Below are positions 62,999 to 64,000 of a stretch of DNA of 64,000 nucleotides, piece after piece (within the stretch, counting starts at the first letter, position 1; each line of letters begins with the position of its first letter). The translations under genes were made by a program, and so were the position numbers. Source of the stretch: Flectonema sp. DT1601 (lineage: Eukaryota). The notes below the pieces were generated by a model that ran no database searches, was not told the DNA's origin, and saw nothing but the letters and a program-made list of their open reading frames with translations. The stretch lies in contig OZ025786.1 of assembly GCA_964019425.1 (NCBI GenBank), positions 1,302,001 to 1,366,000 on the forward strand. Direction: 5' to 3'.

Positions 62999-63050
<52 letters not shown>
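62027..63050 (+). mobile_element. 5'-truncated poly(A)-tailed retroposed fragment in a satellite A-tract
   Basis: Cys-rich ORF end (CDFC...CTKC..TCRRC, stop 62343), ~630-nt tail, terminal hairpin, long A-run. Confidence 0.6.
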
Positions 63051-63052
<2 letters not shown>

Positions 63053-63449
63053 TTAAACAATGTTATCATTGTTTTTTTTTATCGATCGACTATGTCGATT
63101 ACTTTCTATTTTCCGTCCTGGTCAGGACGCTAAACTGATTGTTTTTTCTTTAAAAAATAAATAAAAAGAATAAAAAAAAAAAAAAAAAAAAAAAGAATAA
63201 ACAATGTTATCATTGTTTTGTTATCGATTGACTTTGTCGACTAATTTCTATTTTCCGTCCTGGTCAAGACGCTAAACTGATTGTTTTTTCTTTAAAAATA
63301 AATAAAAAGAATAAAAAAAAAAAGAAAAAAGGAATAAACAATGTTATCATTGTTTTTATTTTATCGATCGACTATGTCGATTACTTTCTATTTTCCGTCC
63401 TGGTCAAGACGCTAAACTGATTGTTTTTTCTTTAAAAAATAATAAGAAG

Positions 63450-63482
<33 letters not shown>

Positions 63483-63594
63483 ATAAACAATGTTATCATT
63501 GTTTTTTTATCGATCGACTATGTCGATCACTTTCTATTTTTCGTCCTGGTCAAGACGCTAAACTGATTGTTTTTTCTTTAAAAATAATAAAAAG

Positions 63595-63629
<35 letters not shown>

Positions 63630-64000
63630 TAAACAATGTTATCATTGTTTTTTTTTATCGATCGACTATGTCGATCACTTTCTATTTTCCGTCCTGGTCA
63701 AGACGCTAAACTGATTGTTTTTTTTCAAAATTAATAAAAAAGAATACAAAAAAAAATAAAAAAAAAAGAATAAACAATGTTATCATTGTTTTTTTTTATC
63801 GATCGACTATGTCGATCACTTTCTATTTTCCGTCCTGGTCAAGACGCTAAACTGATTGTTTTTTTTTTCAAAATTAATAAAAAAGAATAAAAAAAAAAAT
63901 AAAAAAAAAAGAATAAACAATGTTATCATTGTTTTTTTTTTTTTATTGTTCGATTTTGTTGACTAATTTCTATTTTCCGTTTTTTTTTCTTTTTAAAATA

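Larger units (their letters stand above)
57540..64000 (+). repeat. Satellite array running off the window end, with an internal cap (~58268-59470) and three foreign inserts
   Basis: A/B units throughout; the cap ends at 59470 and the satellite resumes. Confidence 0.9.

Overview
Eukaryotic, probably protist, DNA. The 28S fragment has a euglenozoan-like variant and the genes are intronless and co-oriented, so the lineage is an inference. Bases 1-9.8 kb hold three minus-strand host genes: an RNF213-like giant AAA+ ATPase running off the window start (missed by the ORF track), a YbjQ/UPF0145 protein and a PTB/hnRNP-L-like RRM protein. From about 10.2 kb to the end is a nest of transposable elements. 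The dominant family (called H here) is an R2-group, HERO-like retrotransposon with RT and restriction-like endonuclease. It has a ~1,800-aa reconstructed ORF with a ~560-aa C-terminal extension. Its 3' UTR carries a multi-kb hairpin satellite array and ends at a fixed, non-poly(A) stem-loop cap (...CCCACTTTATCGAAATTC). Junctions show repeated insertion into itself with 0-2 bp target loss. Also present: a sister 3'-end family (X), a Penelope-like RT fused to an OTU domain, a Mutator-like element carrying a 28S rDNA piece and tRNA-like boxes, a Polinton-type polymerase relic, and several MITE/hAT elements. All calls come from motif reading by eye; no database search was run.
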